Positions 49,667 through 59,072 of a DNA stretch of 64,000 nucleotides are shown in pieces. Within the stretch, counting starts at the first letter, position 1; every line of letters starts with the position of its first letter. The DNA is from Elainellaceae cyanobacterium (GTDB taxonomy: Bacteria; Cyanobacteriota; Cyanobacteriia; CAZCXK01). The notes under the pieces were generated by a model. That model did not search any database. It saw only the letters and a program-made list of their open reading frames with translations, and was not told where the DNA came from. Position numbers and translations under genes: made by a program. Where the stretch lies: the NCBI GenBank assembly GCA_051117555.1, contig JBNPEG010000026.1, forward strand, positions 1-64,000, in the 5' to 3' direction.

Positions 49667-50437
49667 TCAAACAACGAGTGGACGGCACGTAGATAACACC
49701 GCCCTCAGATTAACCACTGCACCCACCACGGCGATCGCAGGTGCTTCAAATCCAGTTTCTTCGACGAGTTTAGCGATTGTGTCAAGCGTTCCTACTAATT
49801 CGTCCTGGTCAGGGCAAGTGCCCCAGCGCACCAATGCCACCGGGGTGTCGTTCGATAAGCCCGCTGCTTGCAGTTCTGCTGTGATATAGGACAGGTTATG
49901 AATGCCCATGTAGATGACAATCGTTTCTGAACCGTGGGCGATCGCCTGCCAGTTTACCTGCGGGCGATACTTCCCAGCGGCTTCATGCCCGGTCACAAAG
50001 GTCACTGATGAGCTATGAGCTCGGTGGGTGAGGGGGATTCCTGCATAGGCAGGCGCAGCAATACCAGACGTAATGCCTGGAATCACCTCAACCGGAATTC
50101 CCGCTGCCACTAGATCCTCCATTTCTTCACCACCGCGCCCAAACACAAAGGGATCGCCCCCCTTCAGGCGAACCACGACCGCATGGTGTTTTGCCGTCTC
50201 AATCAGGAGCTGAGTTGTATCGGCTTGCAGACGCGAATGCCGTCCTCGACGCTTTCCAGCGTTAATGATCTCAGCTTGGCTACCAATCATCGCCAAAATT
50301 TGTGGGCTTACCAACGTATCATGGATGACGACATCTGCACATTCAAGCAGCGTCTTGCCTTTTAGCGTAAACAACCCTGGATCGCCAGGGCCTGCACCCA
50401 CCAGATAGACTTTGCCCCTACAGGTTTTCATACGCAA
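49667..50437 (-). CDS. cobA: Uroporphyrinogen-III C-methyltransferase
   Basis: VYLVGAGPGDP, RLKGGDPFVFGRGGEE, GIPLTHR. Confidence 0.96.
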   Translation of the reverse strand: MRMKTCRGKVYLVGAGPGDPGLFTLKGKTLLECADVVIHDTLVSPQILAMIGSQAEIINAGKRRGRHSRLQADTTQLLIETAKHHAVVVRLKGGDPFVFGRGGEEMEDLVAAGIPVEVIPGITSGIAAPAYAGIPLTHRAHSSSVTFVTGHEAAGKYRPQVNWQAIAHGSETIVIYMGIHNLSYITAELQAAGLSNDTPVALVRWGTCPDQDELVGTLDTIAKLVEETGFEAPAIAVVGAVVNLRAVLSTCRPLVV

Positions 50438-50469
50438 ATTGATGCTAAGTAACGAATGGGCTAAAACGT

Positions 50470-51336
50470 TTAATGCTCTGTCATTAAGTCGATTACGAGA
50501 TCAGCAATTTCAGGCGTTGCCCCTAATGGCTGAGCCAGTCGGAGACGCATGTCAGAATATCGAGCCGAAAGCTCATCAACTGTTTGGGCGATCGCATCAG
50601 TGATTCCTCCTGGGAATAGAAAATATGGAAAAATTGTGATGTGCCGTTGCCCAGCACCGCGAAGCTCCTGAATGCGGTCGGCTAAGCTGGGTGAGACAGA
50701 CCAATAGGCAGACGTGGCGCCAATGCGGGAGGCGATCGCCTCGATCGGTGCATTGCCTCCTTCACGACGGCTACCGTGAGCCATCAAGATCGTGGCATCA
50801 GCCCCAGACAATGCCGAGTCTTCTAGTAGCGTCTTCACATAATGGCTCAGTTGGGGATGACTGCCCAGAAAAGAGTGTAAATGAATGTCAAGCTTGTTTT
50901 CGAGTGGGGGTTGAGCTTGCTCAATTTCTGCAGGAATGTCTTCTTTGACATGAACACCCGACAGCAGGAACAACGGCAAAATGTGAAGCTGCCGACACCC
51001 AACCGTTTGGAGGCGATCGCCAAATTGCTGAATTTGCTCGTGAAGGGAACGTGGCGATAGTTCCAGAGCAGCGGTTCCCACGTGAGGTGCTGCGTTCAAT
51101 TCGTGCTGTTTTGATTTGCTGTGAGGTGTTTCGATCTGCTTGCTCATCTTGGATGCGAGAGCAAATTCACCGCTTATAACAGAGTCGCGGCTGCGTAGAG
51201 CCTGCGTCCGTTGTTGCAGACGCTTTGCAACAAGCATCGCCAAATGGTGAGCCGACGATTGCGATCGCGAATCACGACTTCCATGATAAACCAGCAGATA
51301 TGCAGAAGAGGGCGTTAATATTCCGCTCTTTGCCAT
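50470..51336 (-). CDS. Sirohydrochlorin chelatase (CbiX/SirB family)
   Basis: Two HGSR motifs, PLFLLSGVHVKEDIP, PYFLFPG; start at MAKSG. Confidence 0.9.
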   Translation of the reverse strand: MAKSGILTPSSAYLLVYHGSRDSRSQSSAHHLAMLVAKRLQQRTQALRSRDSVISGEFALASKMSKQIETPHSKSKQHELNAAPHVGTAALELSPRSLHEQIQQFGDRLQTVGCRQLHILPLFLLSGVHVKEDIPAEIEQAQPPLENKLDIHLHSFLGSHPQLSHYVKTLLEDSALSGADATILMAHGSRREGGNAPIEAIASRIGATSAYWSVSPSLADRIQELRGAGQRHITIFPYFLFPGGITDAIAQTVDELSARYSDMRLRLAQPLGATPEIADLVIDLMTEH

Positions 51337-51455
51337 CCTTGACCGCCCAGCACTATGACAACAACAATTGTTAATTATCATAAAGGCTGAAGCCAAAACA
51401 TGCGATCGCCAATTGAGCAAGTTGCATTCACAACTTGCAAAATGCGAATAATGCC

Positions 51456-52310
51456 TCAAGAAATCTGACGCTGATCGCCCATCATCCGCTCATGTTCAAC
51501 CACAAACACATTGGAATATAAATTAGCGATAATTTGCTGCCCCTGCTGAGTAAGTTCTAGATAGCGCAACCCGTCTCTGACGTAAGGGTATACTCCGTTC
51601 CAATAAAATCGAGGATAGTTATCTCTCAAATCACCCGGATGGCTATATCCCAAGGCTTTGTTGACACCCGTTTCTTCAAACTCATAAAACAGTGCCCCAA
51701 TTTTTTTCAGATACCGAGGATCGCTAAGCTGACCAATCAAATCAGACGCCCGAATTAATCCAGGGTAGTTGACTGTATCTCGATGATCCTCTGCTTTAGG
51801 AACAGGGAACCGAGTCAACTCAATATTTTGCTTGATGGCCTCAGCATTAATCAGCTTGTGGTTGCCAAATCGCTCGTCAATAAACAACTTTGCGCGATCG
51901 ACATGATAAGGAGTCAAACTCGCATCGGAGGCTCCAGGAGGCAAATGGACTCGATGCCCATTTTGCCCAGTCGCATACCATCGATTTTCGTCTTGACGAC
52001 AGACCCCTTTCACATAGCCGATGTCATGACACACTAGCGAAATAATAAAGTGAAGCCAGTCTTCGCAAGAAACCCCCCCTTCTCGGATGTGTTTGCCCCG
52101 CAAAATTTCTTGACCAACCAATGTCACTAAGATGGTGTGCTCGACATTGTGATAAAGAGCATCACTGTTGGCAATATTCTCCAACGCCATTGACCCAACC
52201 CAACCTATGATGTCTTCATAGTCGGTTTTCCAGCCACCATAGGTCCGGTGATATCCATTTTTAAGCTTTTGAACAAAGTCGTCTATTAACAGCTCAGTTG
52301 CGTTAAACAT
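51456..52310 (-). CDS. HD-domain metalloprotein (Npun_R2479-like)
   Basis: YHNVEHT, CHDIGY, YHVDR, DLIGQL. Confidence 0.85.
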   Translation of the reverse strand: MFNATELLIDDFVQKLKNGYHRTYGGWKTDYEDIIGWVGSMALENIANSDALYHNVEHTILVTLVGQEILRGKHIREGGVSCEDWLHFIISLVCHDIGYVKGVCRQDENRWYATGQNGHRVHLPPGASDASLTPYHVDRAKLFIDERFGNHKLINAEAIKQNIELTRFPVPKAEDHRDTVNYPGLIRASDLIGQLSDPRYLKKIGALFYEFEETGVNKALGYSHPGDLRDNYPRFYWNGVYPYVRDGLRYLELTQQGQQIIANLYSNVFVVEHERMMGDQRQIS

Positions 52311-52722
52311 CCTGAATTCTCGCCTAGATTTTAGAAGGGCTCGGGCACGAACTCCAAATTAGTGGCTCACGTGGGATAGTCAGAATATCTAAAGCGGAAT
52401 CGTCAACCGATTGAAAACTGTCAGCAAGAGGAAAAAACAACTTGTTAGGAAAGAGAGCCTGATTGGAGTGCACTTGACATCAATGATAACTAAATCCTGT
52501 CTAAATAAAATCCTAGAGCTTTTCTTAATGAAAACGACAGGATTCGATTGAGATATGATTTTAGATTGCTCAAACTCTATCAGATCAACTCCTTGAAAGG
52601 AGCGTATGTTGCTAAATACAACGTAAATGAACGTAAACGGTTTTTCTAATAATTCACACCCTCAGTTGGGCTATGGCGGTGTGCGCTTGAGTTAAGCAAT
52701 GGTATTCTTAAGGAACCGCGAT

Positions 52723-52794
52723 GCGGGTGTAGTTCAGTGGTAGAACGTCAGCTTCCCAAGCTGAATGTCGTCGGTTCGAGTCCGATCACCCGCT
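52723..52794 (+). tRNA. tRNA-Gly (CCC)
   Basis: Acceptor GCGGGTG/CACCCGC, anticodon arm TCAGC-TTCCCAA-GCTGA, T-loop GGTTCGA; CCA not encoded. Confidence 0.97.
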
Positions 52795-52800
52795 TTTTTC

Positions 52801-52838
52801 TGAAGAGCCCTGAAATCAGCTGATTTCAGGGCTCTTCA
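52801..52838. terminator. Perfect 38-bp palindrome downstream of tRNA
   Basis: TGAAGAGCCCTGAAATCAG|CTGATTTCAGGGCTCTTCA; terminator role is inferred from position. Confidence 0.55.
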
Positions 52839-52988
52839 AGATCTTGATGTCACTGGTAGAAAAGCTAATTTCCTGCAAATTGGGGTAAACGTTTGGCCAC
52901 TTTGTACCAGTTTGCACTAATTATTGGGGTAAGTTTGGGGTAGGATTTCAACAGATTGGGCTGGTATCTACGTATTGTTTCTAAGGTG

Positions 52989-54176
52989 ATGCCGATGACC
53001 AGTACCCCCAAAAAGCGAAAAGCCTCGAAAGGAACCGTTCAAGTTAAGTCTTCTAACGATCGCTTACAGCTAGTTTTTTCCTATAGCGGGAAGCGTCATT
53101 ACTTGAGTCTTGGATTGCCTGACACGCGCACGAATCGAAAAGTAGCCGAAGCTAAGGCCAAACTGATTGAAGCCGACATTGCGTTTGACCGATTTGATCA
53201 GACCTTAGACAAATACAGGCCGCAATCTCAACAAAGAGGCGGGTCTTCAAGCGATGGCAATCTTACATTAGAGCCGTTGTGGGAACAATTTGTGGAATTT
53301 AAGCGCCCACAATGTTCACCGAACACCATGATCTCGACCTACGGGACCTTTTCAAGGTATGTCAATCGGCTCCCAACCCATGACCTAGGCCGGGCTATGG
53401 AAATTAGGGAATATGTTCTAGCTAATATTCCCCTTGATGCCGCTAAGCGCTTTATTACTCGTTTGTCTGCCTGTTGTGATTGGGCTATCGAAGCTGACCT
53501 AATTGCTGATAATCCCTTTCAGGGTATGGCTGCCAAGATCAAGAAGCCAAAATCGGTAGCGGCAGACGGCCTTAACGACATCAATCCATTTTCGCTTCAG
53601 GAGCGGGATGCCATTATTCAAGCGATCGAAACTGATCGCTTCTGCTCTCCTCATTCAGCGTACAAGCATAGTCGCTATGCTTCCTTGGTTAAATTTCTAT
53701 TTGCCACAGGATGCCGACCCTCAGAAGCCGCAGCGCTGCAGTGGGATAACATTTCCCGAGACTGTCAACAAATCAACTTTTCTCAAGCAGTGGTCTTAAC
53801 AGAAACCGGTAAACGGATTCGCCAGGGCTTAAAAACCCAGGAGCAGCGAAAATTTCCTTGTAATGGCTCCTTAAGCGCCTTATTAAAATCGATCAAGCCT
53901 GAGGACATTGATGCAACGACCTTGGTGTTTCCGTCTCCTAAGAACAAACCGATCGACCTGAATAATTTTCGAAATCGTACTTGGGAATTGGTCCTTAAAG
54001 GACTTGGCATCGAGTACCGGAAGCTTTACCAGACTCGCCATACCTTCATTACACACGCATTAGAAACCGGCAAATTAGATGCCAAAGATGTGGCTCGATT
54101 GGTGGGGAACTCCCCTGAGGTCATCTATAAGTACTACGCCGGGAAGAAACGTGAGCTAGAAGTTCCGGAGTTTTAA
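52989..54176 (+). CDS. Tyrosine recombinase/integrase with N-terminal arm-binding domain
   Basis: RLQLVFSY.GKRHYLSLGL arm domain; TGCRPSEA (R), LKT (K), YQTRHTF, GNS...IYKYY (Y). Confidence 0.95.
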   Translation: MPMTSTPKKRKASKGTVQVKSSNDRLQLVFSYSGKRHYLSLGLPDTRTNRKVAEAKAKLIEADIAFDRFDQTLDKYRPQSQQRGGSSSDGNLTLEPLWEQFVEFKRPQCSPNTMISTYGTFSRYVNRLPTHDLGRAMEIREYVLANIPLDAAKRFITRLSACCDWAIEADLIADNPFQGMAAKIKKPKSVAADGLNDINPFSLQERDAIIQAIETDRFCSPHSAYKHSRYASLVKFLFATGCRPSEAAALQWDNISRDCQQINFSQAVVLTETGKRIRQGLKTQEQRKFPCNGSLSALLKSIKPEDIDATTLVFPSPKNKPIDLNNFRNRTWELVLKGLGIEYRKLYQTRHTFITHALETGKLDAKDVARLVGNSPEVIYKYYAGKKRELEVPEF

Positions 54177-54215
54177 ACTTGCACAGTGGGGGGGCTAAGT
54201 TGTCTCTCGTGGGTT

Positions 54216-54851
54216 CTACAGTTTGCGGCCAAACCAGACAACTCTGCCCATGATGCTTAGACCAGCTGGCTTGCTGGATAACTGAATTGCAAAAGTTTCA
54301 TACGCAGGATTTTCGCTAAGCACCTTTAACGTGTTGTCAGCAACATACTGTAAGCGTTTGACGAGGACCCGACTATCCAGCTTGAGTAAATAAATGCCGT
54401 GACTAATCGTCTCCAAATCTCGGTCATAAGTGTCTACCAGTACAAAGTCTCCAAGATGAAGTGTCGGTTCCATACTTTCATCACTGACCTGAGTCAGCAG
54501 TAGGTTTTCGAACGTGTGAGGGAACTCCGTTTGTAACCACTCCGTCTTAAAGGCAAATGGATCCTGGCAGATATACTTTTCCTGCAAGGTGGCAGCTGTC
54601 TCTTGAGACGTAACTTTTCCAGTGGCCAACCATTCCAGATTAACACCAGCCGTGCGAGCTATTGCAAGCAAAGCAGGACGAGTCGGTTCACTTTGCCCAT
54701 TCAGGTATTGGCGAAGGACAGTATCAGAGAAACCGCATTCTCTGGCAAAACCGCGAATACTTTTCTCGCCCAGCGCCTCTTTCAGACGGCCTGGGAAGTC
54801 ATCGGATTCAGCTAAATGGGTCTGTTGGTCTGTAGAGGATGGATGAGTCAT
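54216..54851 (-). CDS. CI-like repressor (XRE HTH plus S24 autopeptidase)
   Basis: N-terminal HTH; ESMEPTL (Ser), LVKRL (Lys), GRVVWF. Confidence 0.93.
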   Translation of the reverse strand: MTHPSSTDQQTHLAESDDFPGRLKEALGEKSIRGFARECGFSDTVLRQYLNGQSEPTRPALLAIARTAGVNLEWLATGKVTSQETAATLQEKYICQDPFAFKTEWLQTEFPHTFENLLLTQVSDESMEPTLHLGDFVLVDTYDRDLETISHGIYLLKLDSRVLVKRLQYVADNTLKVLSENPAYETFAIQLSSKPAGLSIMGRVVWFGRKL

Positions 54852-54947
54852 AGACTTTCAAACTCGCGTTTTGCAAATTATAACTCTTGACGTGCGCGTT
54901 AATAATTGCTAGCTTCATCATTATATCGATGGAGCTAGGACGATTCT
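54852..54947. promoter_or_regulatory. Divergent overlapping promoters (genetic switch)
   Basis: + strand TTGACG(54887)-N17-TAGCTT(54910); - strand TATAAT at 54877-54882. Confidence 0.6.
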
Positions 54948-55277
54948 ATGCATGTAGAGGACATTAAAGCAGCTCTGCGGAAGCAGGGATGGACCTTGGC
55001 CAGCATCGCTAAAGAACTCGATATTGGTCCTTCGGCAGTATCCCACGCCTTAACCCGCCAGCGATCGCGCCGGATTGAGCAGGTCATTGCCAGCAAACTT
55101 GGCCTGTCTCCCCATGAGATTTGGCCCCAGCGGTACAAACGAGGAAAGGTCAGCCATGCCCCAATTTGTCAGCAAACAGGAAGCCATCCAATATCTCAAG
55201 CTCAGCGACTCGACTCTAAAACGTTATCGCTTGCAGGGCCTGCTGGTCGAGGGCATTCACTGGGTTCGAGTCAATAG
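54948..55277 (+). CDS. Ner/Nlp-family DNA-binding protein (Cro-like role)
   Basis: MH.EDIKAALRK.G.TLA...E.VIA..LG.SP.EIWP.RY. Confidence 0.88.
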   Translation: MHVEDIKAALRKQGWTLASIAKELDIGPSAVSHALTRQRSRRIEQVIASKLGLSPHEIWPQRYKRGKVSHAPICQQTGSHPISQAQRLDSKTLSLAGPAGRGHSLGSSQ

Positions 55278-55431
55278 CCGCTGTATCCGCTACAACCTAG
55301 AGCTGATTCAAGATTGGCTACATAATCGCCATGACCCCATTGCTCACCAAAGGGCTATTCACATCTACCAGTCCAGTTTGTTAAGCAACCAAAAGAAATC
55401 ATCTCAGCGAGTCTCTTCAAAGCGAACTTAA
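55156..55431 (+). CDS. Excisionase-like HTH protein
   Basis: EA..YL.LS.STLKRYR..G....GIHW......IRYN pattern; start at MPQF. Confidence 0.75.
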   Translation: MPQFVSKQEAIQYLKLSDSTLKRYRLQGLLVEGIHWVRVNSRCIRYNLELIQDWLHNRHDPIAHQRAIHIYQSSLLSNQKKSSQRVSSKRT

Positions 55432-55770
55432 GGTTGTAAAACGGACAGAAATCTTCTTGAGAATTTATCAATAAGTTGAACCCTTTTCTGAAGAAGATAG
55501 CTGAATCAGAAGAGTCAAAAAAATACACCCTAAACATTGAGTTGTAAGGGTGCATCGCTTTTGCTTTTTGTCTTTTGAGCTGGGTCAATCAACAATTTGA
55601 AGAGGTTTGTCAGAACCGCTTCAGAGACCGACCTGCTAGCAAAACTGGTGTTTTAAACTATAGCAAAGTTGCTGAAAATGTCTATGGCAAAAAGGCAGCT
55701 TTGGTCATTGCTTGACCAAGAATTAGCAGTTTGAGATTGATGACCCAGCTTCTGGAATCAGGAGCTGATA

Positions 55771-58172
55771 ATGACACAGTACGTTTACTCGGGGCGATCT
55801 CGCCCCTGCCCAATTTGCGATCGCACTAAAGATCCAGACTGCCGCTGGAATGAGGAGGTGGTCTTCTGTCACACTTACATCGACCAGGATGCCAGTATTG
55901 AGGGCTACGTCTATCGCGGGGCCACCGCTGACGGTTTATGGGGACAGTATTTCAAATTGACCCAGTCAGAAAAGTCCGCTCGTCCCCAGCAGCGGCAGGA
56001 CTTCTTTTATCCGACTCGGCAGGGACAGCCCCTGGTGAAGGTGACGCGGGTGGATCGCGGGAGTGGTACCAAGTTCTTTGTTCAGTACCACTGGGATGGG
56101 CAACGGTGGGTGAAGGGGCTGACGCCAGCGGTAAGAAAGCAGGTGCCAATTTATCGCTATGCGGAAGTGAGACGGGCGATGGCGGCAGGCCAATCCATTT
56201 GGATGGTGGAGGGGGAAGGCTGTGCGGATGTGCTGTGGAATGTTGGCATTCCGGCAACGACAACGCTGGGTGGCTCTAAGAAATATCACAGTTATGGCGA
56301 CTATCCCAAGACTTGGAAGGGGCTCGCCTGGTGTTGTGCCCCGATCGCGACCAGGTCGGCATGGCTCACATGGAAGAGATTGCCCAGGATTTTCCGGACG
56401 CTCAGTGGTGCTATCCCTATCCGGAGAGTCTGCGCTGGCAAAACCTGCCTAAGCATGGCGGCCTTGATGTTGCGGACTGGATTGCCGAGGGCGCAACAGC
56501 TGAGCAGATTCGAGCAGCCGTGGGAGAACGGCGACAGCTGGGATCGTCTTCCCCAGTCGTGGCTAAATCATTGGACTTGCCCACCCTGAAGGAGCAGTTG
56601 CGCAGCTATCTGGCGGCGGAGCATTCGGAGTTGGAATTGGCGGCACAGGTTTTGCAATGGCATCGGGAATCGGGGCTAGCCGCTAAGGATATCTGGAGTT
56701 TGGTGAAGCTGATTCAAGCGGAGTTGGAGCAGGATGAGGAACGGGGCGATCGCACTGTTCAAATCCGGCAACTCCTGAAGATTGGTGATTACCAGCTGCA
56801 GTTAGGAGAGTATCTGCATCCTGATTTGGCGGCACCGTTGGAGCATATAGCGGCATGGATCGGGGCGACGCCTGCAGCCATGTTAGTAACGCTGTTGCCA
56901 GTGGCCGCTTCTCTGCTGCGGGTCGGGACGGAGTTGGAAATTGACGCGAGGATGGGCTTCTATGTACCCCCGATTCTGTTTACCGGGTTGGTGGCCCCCT
57001 CCGGCAGTAAGAAGAGCCCCCTTCAGCGGCAGATTTTGGGACCGCTTTCTCAATTGCAGACAGAAGCGGATCAGGACTATGAGTATGCGGCTGCGGAGTA
57101 TGAGGTGAACCTGCGGGACTGGGAGCAGGCCAAGGCAGATGACAGGGGAATGCGGCCTCGGAAACCGATGCCCAGGGAATATCACACCTCAGATGCCACA
57201 CGGGAAGCGATCGCCCGCATTCAGTCCCAACAGCCGGAGCGGGGCATTTTGGTGACGCCGGATGAGTTGGCGGGCATGTTCAAGGGGCAGAATCAGTACC
57301 GCAACGGTCGGGGCAACGATAAGGAGTCGCTGCTAACAGCCTTTGATGGCTCAGGGCTGAAGGTAGATCGGGCCAGTGGCATGCGCATCAGCATTCCTCG
57401 CACCAGTCTCAGCATTACCGGCACGATTCAGCCGGACATCTTGCGGGAGATGATGGGCGATTTCTCTGACGCCAATGGGCAGTGGGCACGGTTTCTGTGG
57501 TGTTTGCTGCCGCTGCAGCCTGCCCCGTTTCCCCAACAGACGGTGCGGTATGACCTTTCAGAACGGCTCTATGGTCTGTACCGGCAATTAGAGGACTCTC
57601 CTCCCAAGCGCTATCGGTTGACGGCGGAGGCGAAGGCGCTGTTTGCGGAGTGGTATGACCAGTTGGATCATCTGCGGGTGACAGAAACGCACCAAGGTTT
57701 GCAAGCAGTTTACTCGAAGATGCAGGGCTATACGGGGCGGCTAGCGTTGATTTTGCACTGTTTGCAGGGGGCGGTAGACGGGGGTTTACCCGCAGAGAGG
57801 ATATCGGTTCAGACGATGGGGGCAGCCATCAAGCTGGCGCGATGGTTTATGGGGCAGGTGAAGCTGCTGTATGCGGAGGGCGACTCGGTAGATGGGGCGC
57901 TGGAGGCGGTTTACACGAAGCTGATTCAGTTGTCGCGGGTGCGGGGTTGGCTAAGGGCGAAGGATGTGCGCAATTATGAGCGCAGCTTGCGGAAAGCGAG
58001 TGCGGAGGTGATTCGATCTCACTTTCGAGAGCTGGAGGCGATGGGGTATGGGGAGACGTGTGGGGTGGGGAATCGGTTGCAGTGGCGAGCAACGGTAGAC
58101 GCGGTAGACAGATCTGAGGCGACGGTAGACAGGGTGTCTACCGCTGAAAGCGTTGATGGTCATGGATCATAG
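55771..58172 (+). pseudogene. Primase (Zn finger + Toprim) fused to DUF3987 helicase-like domain, split by a frameshift near 56305
   Basis: ORF 55771 has CPIC and VEGE; ORF 56313 (-1 frame) has PDRD, APSGSKKS and PDELAG; one extra C in CCC 56305-56307 would join them into about 800 aa. Confidence 0.8.
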
Positions 58173-58324
58173 GAAAACGGTAGACAAGTAGACAAGTTTT
58201 GTCTGTAGGAAGTCTCTGGAAAGTGTCTACTGTCTACCGAAATGCTTGAAAGGCTCTTGAATAGAGAGTTTCGAGTGGTAGACCGCGTGTCTACCGAACG
58301 TCTACCGCTGTCTACTGTGTCTAC
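58095..58324. repeat. Cluster of 13 GTAGAC/GTCTAC direct and inverted repeats (putative origin iterons)
   Basis: 6 GTAGAC plus 7 GTCTAC in 230 bp at the 3' end of the replicase gene. Confidence 0.8.
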
Positions 58325-58339
58325 CAACGACAAATCAGA

Positions 58340-58645
58340 TCAATCGTCGTCTGTGAACAAACCAGTCAGGTCACGATATCCACTGACGACTCGTAGGATA
58401 TCTACGCGAGATTGCGTCACTGTATAGAGAATGAGATAGCTATCCATGGCAAGGCTTCGCAGACCCGGAAGGATTTCGTCACGAGGTCGCCCAAGGCTAG
58501 GAAATTGTGTGATTCGGGCGAATTTGGCATCAAGCTTCAATAGGAAACGCTCTGCCTGTTCAAGTTCGGTCTGGCTGGCGATGTAGTCCGCAATATCCTC
58601 AATGTCTTGAATGGCAGGCTGAGAAAGGTAAAACTGAGGCGTCAT
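58340..58645 (-). CDS. ParE/RelE-family toxin
   Basis: A..DIEDI.DYIA...FP.LGRPRDE..PGLRS....YLILY...V.ILRVV.G.RDL. Confidence 0.92.
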   Translation of the reverse strand: MTPQFYLSQPAIQDIEDIADYIASQTELEQAERFLLKLDAKFARITQFPSLGRPRDEILPGLRSLAMDSYLILYTVTQSRVDILRVVSGYRDLTGLFTDDD

Positions 58646-58911
58646 GATTCGGGGCTGGCGTGGCGATTTCTCAACTTCTCCCGAATTTGGGCCATAGCAG
58701 TGGGTCCTTCGACCACTTCCCCTCGTCGGACAGCTTCCAAGCCGATTTGAACGTCCTGCTGAAGTTCAGGCAGTCGTCCTTGATAGATATCTTCTTGCTG
58801 TTCGAGTAGGTATACACCAGCTGCAATAACATCCAGAGCAGACTGGTATTTACCAGCGGCGAGCTGACGTTGAATGAACTGCTCCAGTTCAGGAGGGATG
58901 GTAATTTGCAT
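58642..58911 (-). CDS. ParD-family antitoxin
   Basis: I.IPPELEQFI..QL..GKY.SA.DVI; 4-nt overlap with toxin; start at MQITI. Confidence 0.9.
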   Translation of the reverse strand: MQITIPPELEQFIQRQLAAGKYQSALDVIAAGVYLLEQQEDIYQGRLPELQQDVQIGLEAVRRGEVVEGPTAMAQIREKLRNRHASPES

Positions 58912-59072
58912 GAAGGACTCAAGAAAGCAACCACACTGTAAGTTCAATTCTAGCGCTCAAACGTATTGATTTTGTTTCAGTCAAGTGAGTAGCCAGCCAG
59001 AAAGCAGAATGTTGTTGAGAGGAAGTGGTGTTGAAATTGAAACATAAAATTCAAAAACCGACTTATCTTCAA

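Noticed and set aside
52841..52853. 13-bp ATCTTGATGTCAC also at 63196-63208, as a parS or att site
   Set aside because: A single 13-bp match is expected by chance at this scale, and it is not part of the tRNA 3' end
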